A stretch of DNA of 61,306 nt, the filler included, from Circinaria calcarea (lineage: Eukaryota), in assembly GCA_051942165.1 (NCBI GenBank). It is 12 parts of 12 records of this genome, joined end to end, with 100 filler letters (N's around TTAATTAATTAA, not from the genome) between each part and the next. Parts side by side here need not be neighbours in the genome. Positions count along the whole stretch, not along the records: positions 30,773 to 35,784 come from JAVECS010002080.1; positions 35,885 to 40,894 come from JAVECS010002081.1; positions 40,995 to 46,000 come from JAVECS010002082.1; positions 46,101 to 51,104 come from JAVECS010002083.1; 8 more parts are not named here. One strand, given 5' to 3'. A program made the position numbers and the translations under genes. The notes under the pieces were generated by a model, which saw only the letters and a list, made by a program, of their open reading frames with translations, was not told the DNA's origin and made no database searches. This document shows, piece after piece, positions 33,743-46,330 of the stretch (positions are counted from its first letter, which is position 1; every line of letters begins with the position of its first letter).

Positions 33743-34936
33743 ATGCCCGTTCTCAATCGCCGCCAGCCGTCGCTGGACTTGCGGAAAGCTGCCAGTGCCC
33801 GGACCAGCATGGACAGCGACGACAGCAGGAAGGAGGCTCTTTGGATAGTGAGGGAGAATGTGGAGAAATCGGAGAGACCGCAACGGGAGAGGGACTTCCC
33901 AACCTCCAAGGCATCCGCTCTACCCTCTCGCCCCAGATCAAGCCATAACCTCCGTCTCACCACCAAAGTCGACCTCCACGACAAGTACCAGTCCGACGAA
34001 GAAGAAGCTTCCCCAAGTCCAGACGACGATTCCGACAGCAACGACGAGTCTCTCGAAGATGACTCCATCACTTATGAAGTACACGACCCCATCGACGTCG
34101 ACTCCCATTCAACTTCCTCCTCCCTTCACCCTGATACCTCCTCGATCAATATCGCCACATCCATCCTCTTCTTTCCACCTCCCCACCGCCCTCGTCTAAT
34201 ACACATAACCCGCCTTGCTCCTCTTCAAAAACGAAAACGCCCTCCCCCTTCATCACGTACACACTCCCATAAACGTCTGACCTCTCTCGACGAGAACGTT
34301 GCCTACCCCGGTCCTTCATCGTCCGCGTCTACCGCGTCTTCATATCATACCGCCGATCTCCCCCTCCGGAGAGAAAACCATGACCCTCGGGTGACACGCA
34401 TCTCCCAACCCGAATCTTGGCTTCCTATGACGGCAGATGAGGAGGAGCAAGAGCCGGAGCAGGAGCAGGAAATGGTACTCCCGGGCCCATACAAGGAACC
34501 AGAAGAATCAATTTATTTCCCCGAACCTCCCACTTCCCCAACAACCTACGCCGAACTAGACCCCTACTCCCTCTCCCCTCCCACTCTCATCCGAACTTTC
34601 TCAAATACCCCGTCTACATATTCCCCATACAGCACCTACGACCGTCAGCACAGTCGAAGTTCACTCTCCTCACCTTCTGGTCCTTCAGAGAGGGGCTCGG
34701 GATCGGGATCGGGATCAGGATCGGGATGGAGGGGTAAAGTCAGGGGTCTGGGGTTAGTGAGGAAGGCTTCTTCGGATCAGGGGGGCAAGGGCTCTTTGAA
34801 TCAAAGAGCTGGTATTGATAGCGGTTGGGGACGGGGAAAGAAAAAGGACAAGGGAAAATTGATTGCGAGGGGAGCGGCGGAGAGGCAGGAATTCATGGGG
34901 ATCCCGCCTTTTCCGTTTGAGGGTGTCCTCGCCTGA
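33743..34936 (+). CDS. Ser/Pro-rich hypothetical protein
   Basis: Long intronless ORF from ATG 33743; short conserved-looking blocks RPRLIHI..LAP and KLIARGAAER....IPPFP. Confidence 0.75.
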   Translation: MPVLNRRQPSLDLRKAASARTSMDSDDSRKEALWIVRENVEKSERPQRERDFPTSKASALPSRPRSSHNLRLTTKVDLHDKYQSDEEEASPSPDDDSDSNDESLEDDSITYEVHDPIDVDSHSTSSSLHPDTSSINIATSILFFPPPHRPRLIHITRLAPLQKRKRPPPSSRTHSHKRLTSLDENVAYPGPSSSASTASSYHTADLPLRRENHDPRVTRISQPESWLPMTADEEEQEPEQEQEMVLPGPYKEPEESIYFPEPPTSPTTYAELDPYSLSPPTLIRTFSNTPSTYSPYSTYDRQHSRSSLSSPSGPSERGSGSGSGSGSGWRGKVRGLGLVRKASSDQGGKGSLNQRAGIDSGWGRGKKKDKGKLIARGAAERQEFMGIPPFPFEGVLA

Positions 34937-35784
34937 ATACAGAACTTGAGCGTAAGAAAAAGGATTGGAAACTAATGATCACGGCCGCTGCCGGAATTGG
35001 GTTTTGGGATAGAATAGGAAGGATAGAAGACATGATAACAGTCACTTGGATATTATAGCCTGTTACCAGACGGGGTGTGTTACTTTTGGATAGGCCGTGA
35101 GTTTTAACGACCATATCCCACCGACTTGATACGATGGACATCAGAAACAGTTTTACCTTTTGCCTAAATATCCCATCTTATTCCATCTTATTCCATCTCT
35201 TCCCTCTTCCCTCTTCCCTCATCCCTCATCCCTCATCCCTCTTCCCTCATTTCGATCCCGTCACGTTCCGTCGCCTGCTGCCAATTATACTTCCTCGGCA
35301 GCACCGAGGATTGACCATCTCCTCTTGAATTTTCCATTCCAATTCCCCTTCCCCCTTCCGTCCCGTCCCTTCTCTCACCCCTAGCCCTAGATAGAATTAA
35401 TATCTACTCTGTAACCTTTCTTGGTTTAATTTAGTTTCCCGTTCCGTTCCCTCTTTCACCCCCCCCCTTTTTTTTTTCTTTTTTTTTCTTTTTTTTCCCA
35501 CACATCCTCCTTTCGAAATCCTAAATCCTAAATTTCTACCTGAAAGGCACATTCTCCCCGCTTACCCTTACCATATTCTGAGCTTCTGATCGTCTGAGCT
35601 TCTTCCCTCTCTTCGTAGAATACTCTCTTCCCGGCAATGGCAATAAACCGCTACTGCGGGTTTAGTGAGGGTGAGGATTCTGCCCGGCGAGGAACTGGAA
35701 CCGGAACCGGAATTACTTCGACGGAGAAGGGAGAAGGGAGAAGGGAGAAGGGAGAAGGAGAACGGGGGTGGGAGGTTCTCGGGC

Positions 35785-35884
35785 NNNNNNNNNNNNNNNN
35801 NNNNNNNNNNNNNNNNNNNNNNNNNNNNTTAATTAATTAANNNNNNNNNNNNNNNNNNNNNNNNNNNNNNNNNNNNNNNNNNNN
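35785..35884. other. Artificial contig spacer
   Basis: N44-TTAATTAATTAA-N44. Confidence 0.99.
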
Positions 35885-37116
35885 CCGCATCAGCCCTTTC
35901 CCCCCTCCCCGCCACTTCCTCACTGATAAAGCATCCCAGACCCGCAAACGCCTCGAGCATAGTCCGGGCGTAATATTCCTTGATATCGTACCCACCCGCC
36001 GAGATCGCGGGATCGCTACGCGCCTTATCCAGCCATGGGTTTTCGTAATGGTCCTGAAGGGAATAGTAGGTTCGTTCCTGGAGCATGCCGCCAAAGGGGT
36101 CGTATGGCTTTTCGGGTCCGACGACTTCGACGGGTTTGAGGCCTTTGATGAGGAAGGAGGAGGGGTCCGAGGATGGTGCGCTGCTGCCGTTGGAGGAGTA
36201 CTTGGCGGTGCTGACTGGCTGCTGCAAGGATTGAGATGAAGACTGCTGTTGTTGCTGTTGGCGCGCCTTTTCTGCCGCGGTCCGGCGGGCAGTGCTTTTC
36301 TTCAGAACGACCTTTTGCGCTTCGGCGGCGAGCGCGTCCGCGTCTCCCTTTCCCTTTGCGAGTTTGTCGATGAATTCACGCTTACCTTCTTCTTTTTCTT
36401 TCCGTTCGTCGTCTTCTTCCCGCCGGGCAGCTTCCCGTCGTAGTCGAGCGGTTTCTCGTTCGGCGGCTTGCCGGGCCTCGGCAGAAGAGTGTTCCTGGTT
36501 CGAGATTGCGGTGTTACGGGCGATGGTAGGGGCGTTCTGGGAGGCGTAGGCGGCGAGTTTGGCTTCCGTGGCGGGGACGTCGATGTTCTCGATGAGGTTG
36601 AAGGTTAGCGATTCGACTTCTTCAAGGTAGTTGTTGTAGTCGAGGAGGGTGCTGAATTCTTCTTCGCGCCGGTTGAAGCTGGTCGAGTGAGCGTTCGAAG
36701 GAGCTTTTGCAAAGGCAACCACACTCACACTGAAGCTACGCGGCGTCTGATATCCACTTCCCGCTCGACCTTAATGTCCCCAAACGTCTGGGTCCTGAAG
36801 CGAGCTTTCCGGAGCGTCCTTCCGCAACCTGCGACGGGGCAGGGAGCCGGACCTTGGGAGAAGATCCGGTCGACGCAAGATTCACACATTTTGTGATAAC
36901 ATTCCGGATTGACCAGGAATCGCATATTGGGATTGAGGTAGCGGGATGACTTGCATACCGGGCAGATTTCTGACCAAAACCAAGTAGGATAGTATCAGTA
37001 TAGAGGCCTTTTACAGGCGCGTGTTTGTAGAGAATGAGAAGAAAATGAGGCCTACCATCTTCATCCCCTGGCCCCCGAGCTATGGCCCTGCCGTTCTGCT
37101 GAGCTGCTCGAGACAT
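35885..37116 (-). CDS. TFB3: TFIIH/CAK assembly factor Tfb3 (MAT1), 3' truncated
   Basis: RING CPVCKSSRYLNP..ECYHKMCESCVDRIFSQGPAPCP..C; EREVDIRRRV..FNRREEEF..L.DYNNYLEEVE; AGGY..RTMLEAFAGL; two introns. Confidence 0.95.
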
Positions 37117-37532
37117 GGTGGTTGATGATTCGAGTAGACTTCGGACTGAGGTCTTAGGCTAAGCTACCCGAGCATCGTTATTGAACAGGGATTGTAGATA
37201 TAGGGCTGCTCCGCATTGCGCTAAAGAAACGGGCTGAGATTGCCTGCCGAAAGCAAAGCAAAGGCAAGTGGAGCCGGGACGGCTTCTCAACTCAAACTGT
37301 CAGTCCGATCAGCTTCGAGGCTGTTGGCGTTTAAATCCAATACAAATCCCAACAACAGATACCGAGCACGGGCCGCTCCTCATGCACAATCAGTCTCCCG
37401 TCGGTAACCACTTTTGCTAACTAGTCTCACAACTATCTGGAAATCAGCTGCACCTCATCAGCCTCTGAGATCGACCGCTCATATCCCAAGGCTACAGAGT
37501 GTGTCACGGTATTAATCTTCCCTACCGTCTTT

Positions 37533-39690
37533 ATGGCTGCTATCAAGGATAGCTTTATTGACCTCGAGCGTCACCGTAAGCGATTCGAAGCCAACGTAGC
37601 AGAGCTGAGGAAATCTCTTCAATACTGGCAAACATGGGAAGCCGAATACGAAGGATTGAGAGAACAAATACAAGGCTTAGGAGATGAACCCAGTGCGCAG
37701 GAGCTGGTATGCAAAGTCAAGATTGAAGCTCTCGCTTGACGGTACTTCGTGGCTTATTCAAGACGCCTAGGAAGATGAGGGGAAAGAGTTCGGCGGTGTC
37801 CTCCTGAACGAAAAAGGTACAAGTCTACCATGCAACAACGTTATACCTTTGCTAATTTTCTTAAGAAATCAAAGGGCTACTTAATGACGGGAGGGGCCAA
37901 CGCCGTACAAGTCAGCAGATTCTTGGTTTGCTTTCGAGACGTATCGATTGTAGGTCTTACCTAACGTTACTAGAAGCTTAGAACGCACTGATACTTGACA
38001 GATGTGCAAGAAAACGTTAAAGCTATGGCAAGGCGACTGGAATCGGCCAACGAAAAGCTTCTAACCGCCAACGTTGTCAGCCAACCAGAAGTACGGAACG
38101 AAGAAGGACTACCCATAACAGAGATATCCGAGGAATTAGACGACGATGGTAATATGATCGGTCAGTGCACTCCGATATCTGGGTCTTGAGATCTATACTG
38201 ACAATTGCATAGCTAGCTCCACAACCACGCCCGGTGACTCTACACCACAGCTGTTGGAAGCCTTGCGTAAAGCAGGAGTGAAGGATCTCCCACAGGTCAA
38301 CGAAAGTGACATAATTGAACCAGAATCTGACAGCCTAGCTGACCAAGTCGAAAAAATCAAATTATCAATGGAGCATGGGTCTTCAGCTGCGAACAAAAGT
38401 CGTATGGTAGACCCCGGGATTTCACAGGCCACGGATGTTGGTCATGAGCCGGTAGCAAAAGAGTTTGGGAAGATCAGTGATGATACGACAAGCCGGAAGA
38501 AGAGTGTGTCATTTGCCGAAGACACGAAAGACCCCGCTCCTACCTTTAAGGCCGTTTCACAGTCACCACAACGTCAACGCAGAGTAGGCTCGGGGGACGC
38601 AGCTACCTACAGAACTTCTACAGGGATACCTGCATCTAATCTGGAAGTAATCAACGTCAACGATAGCCCTGATAGCTCTATTACTTCGCCGATCGTTCCT
38701 CATGATGAATCTCCAGAAGACGCTGATTTACGGCGACAGATGCTTGAGTATAACATGAATGAAGTTGGCGCTATTGTTGCTGAGATGGATCTGGACGATA
38801 GTGGAAGCTACAGTTCTTACTCAGAAGACGACGAAGACGATCGATACAACAGCAGTGCCGACGAGGACGAGGACCAATATGGCCGAACAACACAACCCGT
38901 CATTACTGAAAAGTATAGGAAGCAGATGCAAGAACTTGAACGAAAGCTTAACGCTAGGATCATCGAGAACGTGGGACCGAAACCTGATATACCACTTGCG
39001 GAGAGCCATAGTGAGGATCGATCTTTGCGACCCGACGTAGAGCTGGAGGATGTACCTCGAGAGATAAAGACCTCGAGGAAAAAGGGCGTTCGTTTCGCTG
39101 AAGAGCTAGATGTCTCCGAGGAACCAACTATTGCTCCGATAAAGCTACAACCAAAAGTTATGGATACTCCGAGCAGTGGCCCAATTACAGGAACCATAGT
39201 TGAGAGATCGACAAAGGGTGTTGAGACATCCGACACCGGTCCCAAGAATCAGAAGCTATCCAGGTTTAAAGCGGCGCGTTCGGGAATCGCACCTACGATA
39301 GTAGGAAGCGTTGCACCGCAACCCATGGCTCTGGCTACACAAGTAACCAAGATATCTTCTGCTGCATCTCCAAGTTTTGTTGACAAAGATCGTATCCGCC
39401 AGGTCCCCGAGGGACCTCAAGGACGCACACATGCAGACGTCCTCATAGAACGTTCACCGAGAAATGACGGAAATACGGCGATCGAGCCCGATGAACTCGA
39501 TCCTGCTCTGCTGCATCAAGAGGTAGCGGTTGAGTATCACCGGATGCGTAACCGCATGATCCAAATGAACGGAGGATTCATGCGAACAGATGAGGAGTCT
39601 GCGCAGATACCAGCAACAGAGGAGGATGAAGACGGAAGCGGAGGTAGGAAGATGAGCAGATTCAAGGCTGCTAGATTAGCTAGGCAGTAA
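37533..39690 (+). CDS. BUD27: Unconventional prefoldin Bud27/URI-like protein
   Basis: N-terminal prefoldin-like helices (LQYWQTWEAEYEGL, LLSRRIDYVQENV, NEEGLPITEI.EELDDDGN) over several small exons; acidic middle; repeated K(L/M)SRFKAAR motif. Confidence 0.75.
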
Positions 39691-40375
39691 GTAGATGAAT
39701 ATGTGCTCTTACCGTAAAACTTTCTGCGAATAATCTCCCCTACCTGAAAGTCCGCCCCGGAAGTAGCAGAATGGCTTCCCTTGTTCAAACTTTTGGATTT
39801 TTCCTTTCTTTTAATGTCTAGCTCATCGACCAGTGGAATATGATGCATCCGTAGCCTTCGTGGCTCATGAGGAGGTAGCTCTTCCTACCTGCCTTGTCAT
39901 ATCCATCTGCTGTTCCCAAATCGAAAAGTGGACTCTCTGAAGCCGTGTCCTGTTTACCTAAGACATGACTATTCGTTTCACCCACTACACCTCATCTGGC
40001 CGCCTGCCGTCGTACAAGTTGGCGTGGCGACCTTCTCTAATGTCTATTACTCTGTCGAATCTGGCCTACACAGGAGACGCATTTCAAAAGAGACTTCGTT
40101 GAAATACGCGCGTCGTGAGTCCTCTTCTGTGTCTCATCGTGTCCTGGTCTACTATTCATTCACCACCGATTTAGGTGCTCTTCGCAATATGTCATGCTCC
40201 TATTCATACGGTCAGAATGAAATTCTAAGCATCATTCTAAGTATCCGTCTGTTCAAACTGCCAATCTAGAACTATCTGACCGGAATTTTGGTTCGGGGGA
40301 GGAGACTGGTATGTTAATAGCACTGAAGCTCCAATCCACGCTGCGTCGTCTGAAAAATAAAGACCATAAGAATCT

Positions 40376-40894
40376 TTAAACCCCATCGTTACTTGATATC
40401 TTTGCTAGTTTGCGTGCTACAAGTGCAGTGTACATGATTGGCTCTCCCGTGACAGAAAGCCGGTGACGATAGGACTTCTGGGTCACTATTTCCATTGAGC
40501 CCTCGGATATCAAGTCTCTAATCATCTCAGCAAAACCGGAGAAGTGACCGCTGTCGAGTAACTCGTCCTTGATATTGAACCCAATGAGCCCTCCACTGGA
40601 AATATAGCCAAAGGCCGCCAAGAAGGCTTCAGTAGGGATATGGCCAAAACCAAGAGCTCCAACAATCACGAGGCAGTTAAGACCTGCGTTTGCTAGTCGT
40701 TCTTGATCTTCTTTGGGTAAGGTGGTAAGGTCGGCAACGATGTACTCGCTATAAAGTCCTGGACGATCACGTTCCGCTGCCACGGCGGCTTCCTTGAGGA
40801 TGTCGCAGCCGACGATGTACTTGACTCCGATTCGCCGCAGTTCCTCCCCGACTATGCCATTACCTGCTCCGACGTCGAATACGCGCGGAGCCTT
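40376..40894 (-). CDS. Class I SAM-dependent methyltransferase, 5' truncated
   Basis: Motif I VFDVGAGNGIVGEEL, VGCDI, ADLT, VGALGFGHIP, YRHRLSVTGEP; no intron in the visible part. Confidence 0.85.
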   Translation of the reverse strand, partial: KAPRVFDVGAGNGIVGEELRRIGVKYIVGCDILKEAAVAAERDRPGLYSEYIVADLTTLPKEDQERLANAGLNCLVIVGALGFGHIPTEAFLAAFGYISSGGLIGFNIKDELLDSGHFSGFAEMIRDLISEGSMEIVTQKSYRHRLSVTGEPIMYTALVARKLAKISSNDGV

Positions 40895-40994
40895 NNNNNN
40901 NNNNNNNNNNNNNNNNNNNNNNNNNNNNNNNNNNNNNNTTAATTAATTAANNNNNNNNNNNNNNNNNNNNNNNNNNNNNNNNNNNNNNNNNNNN
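40895..40994. other. Artificial contig spacer
   Basis: N44-TTAATTAATTAA-N44. Confidence 0.99.
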
Positions 40995-41847
40995 AATAGA
41001 GGTCTCCCCCGGCCAATTCATTTGTGGTCACACACCAATGCGTGAAATGGCCGAACGCTATGGCACCGTCCTTGTGGTTGGCGGAGAGGGCGAAAAGTGC
41101 CGCTTGGTCGCTGAAGGGTATGGATTCAAAGATGCGGTGACGCCGGGCGATATTATCAAGGATAACCGCGACACAACGCCATTTCGAAAGTTGACAGAAG
41201 AGGAACTCAATCACTCGAGAGCGCGTAACTTCAACGAAGTGGAAATCGAGGCTATCTTCGTGTTCGCCGATAGCCGTGATTGGGCCGGCGATCAGCAGAT
41301 TATCTTGGATCTCTTGATGTCAAAGAAAGGCAGACTCGGCACTCGCTCCGAGACCTTCGATGAAGGACCTCCCATTTTCTTCTCCCATAACGATGTCGTT
41401 TGGTCCACCTCACACGAACTGACTCGAATTGGGATGGGGGCACTCCGCGCATCCCTCGAGGCTATGTTCAAAGCTGTTACAGGCAAAGAGCTTCAGACCA
41501 CCGCATACGGCAAACCTCAGATTGGCACATTCCAGTTCGCCACCCGGTTGTTACAACAGTGGAGGAAAGAGACTCATGGAATCGACTCCCCGCCGGAGAC
41601 AGTCTACTTTGTTGGGGACACCCCCGAGTCCGACATCAGGGGAACAAACGAGTACAACGAGTCAGGGTCGTCCGAGAACACATGGTACTCAATCCTCGTC
41701 CACACTGGGGTTTTTGAAAAAGGCACCAAACCTACGGTCCAGCCCCAAGCTAGCGTAGATACTGTCCTGGACGCTGTTAAACATGGCATGAGGCGAGAAT
41801 TCATCAGGGCGCCCAAAACGAAGACTGCTAACGCGGAGTGCTATTGA
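40995..41847 (+). CDS. HAD-superfamily IIA hydrolase, CECR5 type, 5' truncated
   Basis: QFICGHTPM, AIFVFADSRDW..DQQIILDLL, GKPQ, YFVGDTPESDIRG, SILVHTGVF. Confidence 0.9.
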
Positions 41848-42878
41848 ACACGGGGGTAATCGAGAAGACATGCCGCCTTTTTAGTATTGTTACCGGGACA
41901 TGTTGTTCTCGCAAGAGAACTCAAGGATCAGGTACCGTCGTATATTCGTATGCATTACATCGACCATAGATAAGGCTCTCGAAGCTGCAAAGGTGCTTCC
42001 GGCCGCGCATGACATTTCTCCGGCACGGCTTAGGAGAAAGACCAGACTGGATCAGTAAAGGGGAATGGCAGGAAGAGAAGAGTTTGAGGAGTTTGACTAG
42101 ACCAACCTGGCCCTCGAGCTGTTCGACCGTTGTTGTCTAGTGTCATGCAAGCGGAGCCTCAAGAGCCTTGGACCCATGGTTTGTCCAGACCGTGAAAATG
42201 GGCGAAACCCCACATTGATTGTTTACACCGCTGCTGAATGTGTGGGGGTGGGGTGTGCTTGGGATGACTGTACTCTGTACTCCGTAGATAGAGTGAGAGG
42301 GCATGCTTGGTCGATCATACAACAGCACAGATTGATGTTGATGTGCGTGGAGCGCATGGGTAGATAACGAATGCACTTTAGGTATTCCACTGCCCGTTGG
42401 GCCTTCCTCACTTTGTCCCTCACAGGCCCAGACCGAGGCAGGACTGCTTCCAAGCCCTTGCGGAAAGCGGGCTGCTAAGTCCGAGTACCCCCGTCGCCCC
42501 CCCTTGAAGTTATGATGCATGTGACAAGGATTAGCGTCACCTGAGACTGGAAGGGATAGGTAAGGTATGTACAAAACCTGAGGTAGTCGGTGATCATCCA
42601 CCATACGACTGGCACTGTACTCTCTCAGCATCGCACTCACGCATCCTACGGCTGATGAACGAGCTCTCCTGGCTATTATCGGACGACATGGCCGTGGTGG
42701 TTACATTGTAAGGGCCGGTTACCCTGTCCCAAGATCGCTTGCAGACAAAGGAAGTCTCGAAACATTCCAACAGGTATCAGGTGAACGGGCAAACACCACA
42801 CGTTCATGTCAGGTAGAACGGTGATAGCGGCTCGTACTGTCGGATTTGAAGCCTACATAAGCACCACCAGTCTCCGGC

Positions 42879-43904
42879 ATGCCTCCCCACGCAATTGAAC
42901 CACCAGCCCCAACCGTCGACCGATCCATGATGCAGGAATTCTCCGAATCACCCATGTCTGTCCAGAAAGAAGCAGGCATTTCTCGACCGTCTTCACCCCG
43001 TCGTTCTACCGATCTCGTTACACCGGGTCCACCGTCACCGTACAACAAGCTGTCATCCCTCCCTCTGCGACCTCGCAATAGATCTCCCTACGCACGAAGT
43101 CACCTCCGTACACGCTCCTCTCTGAGCTCGCTGTCAGCCCCGCCAATGGCAAGAGCACATTCTTCTCCAGTAGTCGATACCTCTGGTCAAGGACACCCAC
43201 CAGCAAACGCGAGGCCACCAAGCCCACTCCTCTCCTCTGGTCGGCGTCAAAGTCCACTGAGGCGTCCTCTGGACGAGACCTACTCTAGCTTCGGTGGACA
43301 GGTCGACATTGATGAGACCATCTCCGAAAACTCCGAATTGGAATTTACCCCCAGACCGACTGTGGACGCAGAAGCCATGCCTAGCTCGCCACTTTCAATG
43401 CACCACACCTTCCCACGCAGCCGTCGACGGCCGTCATCACCACTTCATCACATTCTACAAACCCAGATGCACGCCGGTACATCGGTCTTGCATACCAGTG
43501 CCTCGTTACCAACCCTTGGGTCTGCTGCAAAATTCAACGAACCATACCCCTCCAACTACTCTATCTCGTCCTCTTCCATGCCATCAACCCCCACCTCGAT
43601 TCGCTCCCGTTCTCCTAGCATTTCTTCTCTGGAGACTATTCCCGACTCTCCAGATGCAGAAGAAGCAGCGCAGGAAGAAGATGGTATTGCGCGTCTGAAG
43701 GCTGCAGCCGACCGAGAAAGCGAAAGGGAGCTCGTCAGGAGGAGAGGCAGCTTAGATGTACCCGGAAGAAGTAGCGGTGGCATGGTGCTAGGAGCCAACG
43801 GCTTCGGGGTTGTGTATGGGTCAAGAGATAAACGGAAGAGATGGAGTGTTTGTGGGGCAGAGAGGAGGGGTGATTTGGATTTGGAAACAATCTGGGAGGA
43901 TTGA
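42879..43904 (+). CDS. Ser/Pro-rich hypothetical protein
   Basis: 341-aa ORF; RSPSISSLETIPDSPDAEEAA and C-terminal RDKRKRWSVCGAERRGDLDLETIWED, blocks I recall as conserved in Pezizomycotina. Confidence 0.8.
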   Translation: MPPHAIEPPAPTVDRSMMQEFSESPMSVQKEAGISRPSSPRRSTDLVTPGPPSPYNKLSSLPLRPRNRSPYARSHLRTRSSLSSLSAPPMARAHSSPVVDTSGQGHPPANARPPSPLLSSGRRQSPLRRPLDETYSSFGGQVDIDETISENSELEFTPRPTVDAEAMPSSPLSMHHTFPRSRRRPSSPLHHILQTQMHAGTSVLHTSASLPTLGSAAKFNEPYPSNYSISSSSMPSTPTSIRSRSPSISSLETIPDSPDAEEAAQEEDGIARLKAAADRESERELVRRRGSLDVPGRSSGGMVLGANGFGVVYGSRDKRKRWSVCGAERRGDLDLETIWED

Positions 43905-45016
43905 TGAAGCGCCGGCTACTTTGCCTGCCTTTCTTGCTGGTTGCAGGGGCTTACTCCAAGGGAACATTCTAATCTCTCCGCCGGAGAGATGACCAACCGG
44001 AGTTGCGAGTTGTTCTGCTGTGGCATTACTGTCACGCCGTTGCACAATCCAAGTCCCATCAACAGCACATATCTGGCGTCTGTGCCACGCATGAATAATC
44101 GGAGCATCGGTAGTATTCCACTGGCGCTAAGGCGGGTCCATTTGCTTTGATGCTTTTAGTCGAGTCTTTGCGGCGATACCCTCCTTTGCATGTTCATCTT
44201 TCTGATGATCCGGTGGGCTTTGTTTGGTTTTTTTGCTTCTGGCTGGATCCATTCAAGGAGCTATGGAAGAATTAAAGCTTCACATTACTGTGGACAATGC
44301 AACAAATCGTGTACTGCTCTCCCTTTTAGAACCCCCCTGAGAGGACGGAACGCTTTGCGTGACTATGGAGCACACGGTTTAATGTAGCCCCTGTACGTTG
44401 TAGAGTATCCGACATCCCCATGTACTCTGCCACCCCCTCTCCTCCCCCCCCTTTTTTTTCCTTTCTTCTTACCAAACCGAATAGAAATGTCAACCTTGGA
44501 CTGGGCAAGAAAAACCCGGAACAAGAGGAGAAGTGAGGAGGGAAGAAGTGAGGAGGGAGAGAAGGGAGAAGGAAGAGATGAGACGGGCAAAGATGGAAGA
44601 GTTTGGGTTTGGGTTTTGGTGACGGTTTTACATTTTTTTCCAGGTACGAATGAATGGCAGGAATTGGGATTTTTAAGGATTGGGATTGGGATTCCCAAAC
44701 CCCCCCCCACCCTAACCCTCCAAAAAGCCCAAAGGGGCAAAAGGGCAAAAGGGGGAGGAGAAGAAGAAGAAGAAGAAGGAAAAATCCTCGTTACGGTTTT
44801 GAAGAGAGAGAGCGTTTTTAGACCAATCCGTTCAAATGATCCGATCCAAAACTTTTACCGGGAGAAGAAGGGGGGTTACCTATCGTACATTCTTTTGTTT
44901 TTTTTTATAAAATCAATACTTCCAACAGCGAAAGCTGGCCGCGAGGACAGAAAGCCTGGCTGGCGGCCCCCCCCCCTTTGCACTGTTTGTTCAGCCTGTA
45001 CAACCCCATTCTCCCC

Positions 45017-45980
45017 TTATGACCTCAGTCCTAATAGCAAGCTCGTCCCCTTGCCACCGTCTTTCCCGCCTCCCTCCCCACCACCCGGCAAATACGTCAC
45101 GTTCGGATTCGCGGCCAACGTCTGCGCAATCTCCCTGCTCGCCTCGATCCTCCGGATCATAATCAGGCCATCCCCGGCCTTTTGCACCGCCTTGCTGATG
45201 ATTTCCGCGCTCTCCGCCTCGCCCTCGGCGCGGATGACGTTCGCCTGCCGCTCCTGCTCCGCCTTTTCGACGATGAACCGCGCGCGCTCGGCGTCCTGCT
45301 GGGCGATCTGCTTCTGCTCGACGGCGCGGGTGAATTCCTTGCCAAAGGTCATGTGCGTGATGGAGACGTCCTCGAGGGCAATGTTGAACTCGGAGGCGCG
45401 CTTGAGGAGGTCGGTGCGGATGCGGGCGCTGACGGCTTCGCGCTGCGTGATGAGTTCGGCGGCGTCGAATTGGGCCACGATGGCTTTGAGGACTTCGTTA
45501 CCGATGGAGGGAAGGACGCGCTCGTCGTAGTCGAGGCCGAGGGACTGGGAGGTTAGGACGTCGGTTAGCTGAGTGAATAGATGTCTCCCCGTGGGAAAGG
45601 TAGAAACGCATGTATAAATAGTAGAAGGAACCTCGGAACAAGGAGAAAAATTGGCATACCTGATAGATCTTCGGTAGCTTGGTCACCTCTGGCCGATGCA
45701 GAACCCTCAGGGTGAGGCTGACCATCTGCAAATCTTTGCTTCCCGTTGTTGTGCTAATGTTTCTCGGCTTGGTCCGGACATCGTAGATGATTGATTTTTG
45801 TAGCCAAGGGATCAGGAAATGGGTCCCCTCGTTTACCACCGTATCCTTTACTCCCGAAAGACGGTCGAAGATTACAGCCCGGCTACCACCTTTGACGTCG
45901 TAAATGGATGCTTGGGCCAAGGAGAAGCCGACGGCGATGGGTATGGCGTAGCGGTAGACTGCACCAAGGGCGTTGGCCAT
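45017..45980 (-). CDS. PHB1: Prohibitin 1 (SPFH domain)
   Basis: [47 protein letters not shown]; intron 45545-45659; [23 protein letters not shown]. Confidence 0.96.
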
Positions 45981-46000
45981 GGTGAGAGATGGCAAGACGA

Positions 46001-46100
46001 NNNNNNNNNNNNNNNNNNNNNNNNNNNNNNNNNNNNNNNNNNNNTTAATTAATTAANNNNNNNNNNNNNNNNNNNNNNNNNNNNNNNNNNNNNNNNNNNN
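46001..46100. other. Artificial contig spacer
   Basis: N44-TTAATTAATTAA-N44. Confidence 0.99.
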
Positions 46101-46330
46101 GTGGGGGGGGGAGGGGCAAAGGAAGAGGCGGATACAAATCCCTCGATGATGTGGGAAGCAATTCCCGTTACGGACAGGGCAACGGATACCAGAACCACCA
46201 GCCTAATTACGACGATGCGCCCAGTCAGGGTCATTCAGCTGGAAGCGAGGCGTATAATGCGGCGTTTCCTGCTATGGGTGGGGGAGGCTTGGGAAACGGT
46301 TATGGGGGCGGTTTACCGTATGGGCATTAG
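46101..46330 (+). CDS. 3' end of a Gly/Tyr/Asn/Gln-rich low-complexity protein
   Basis: Frame from 46103: GGGRGKGRGGYKSLDDVGSNSRYGQGNGYQNHQPNY..GGGGLGNGYGGGLPYGH*. Confidence 0.5.

Noticed and set aside
44487..45530. 347-aa plus-strand ORF
   Set aside because: Antisense to PHB1 plus homopolymer-rich low-complexity sequence
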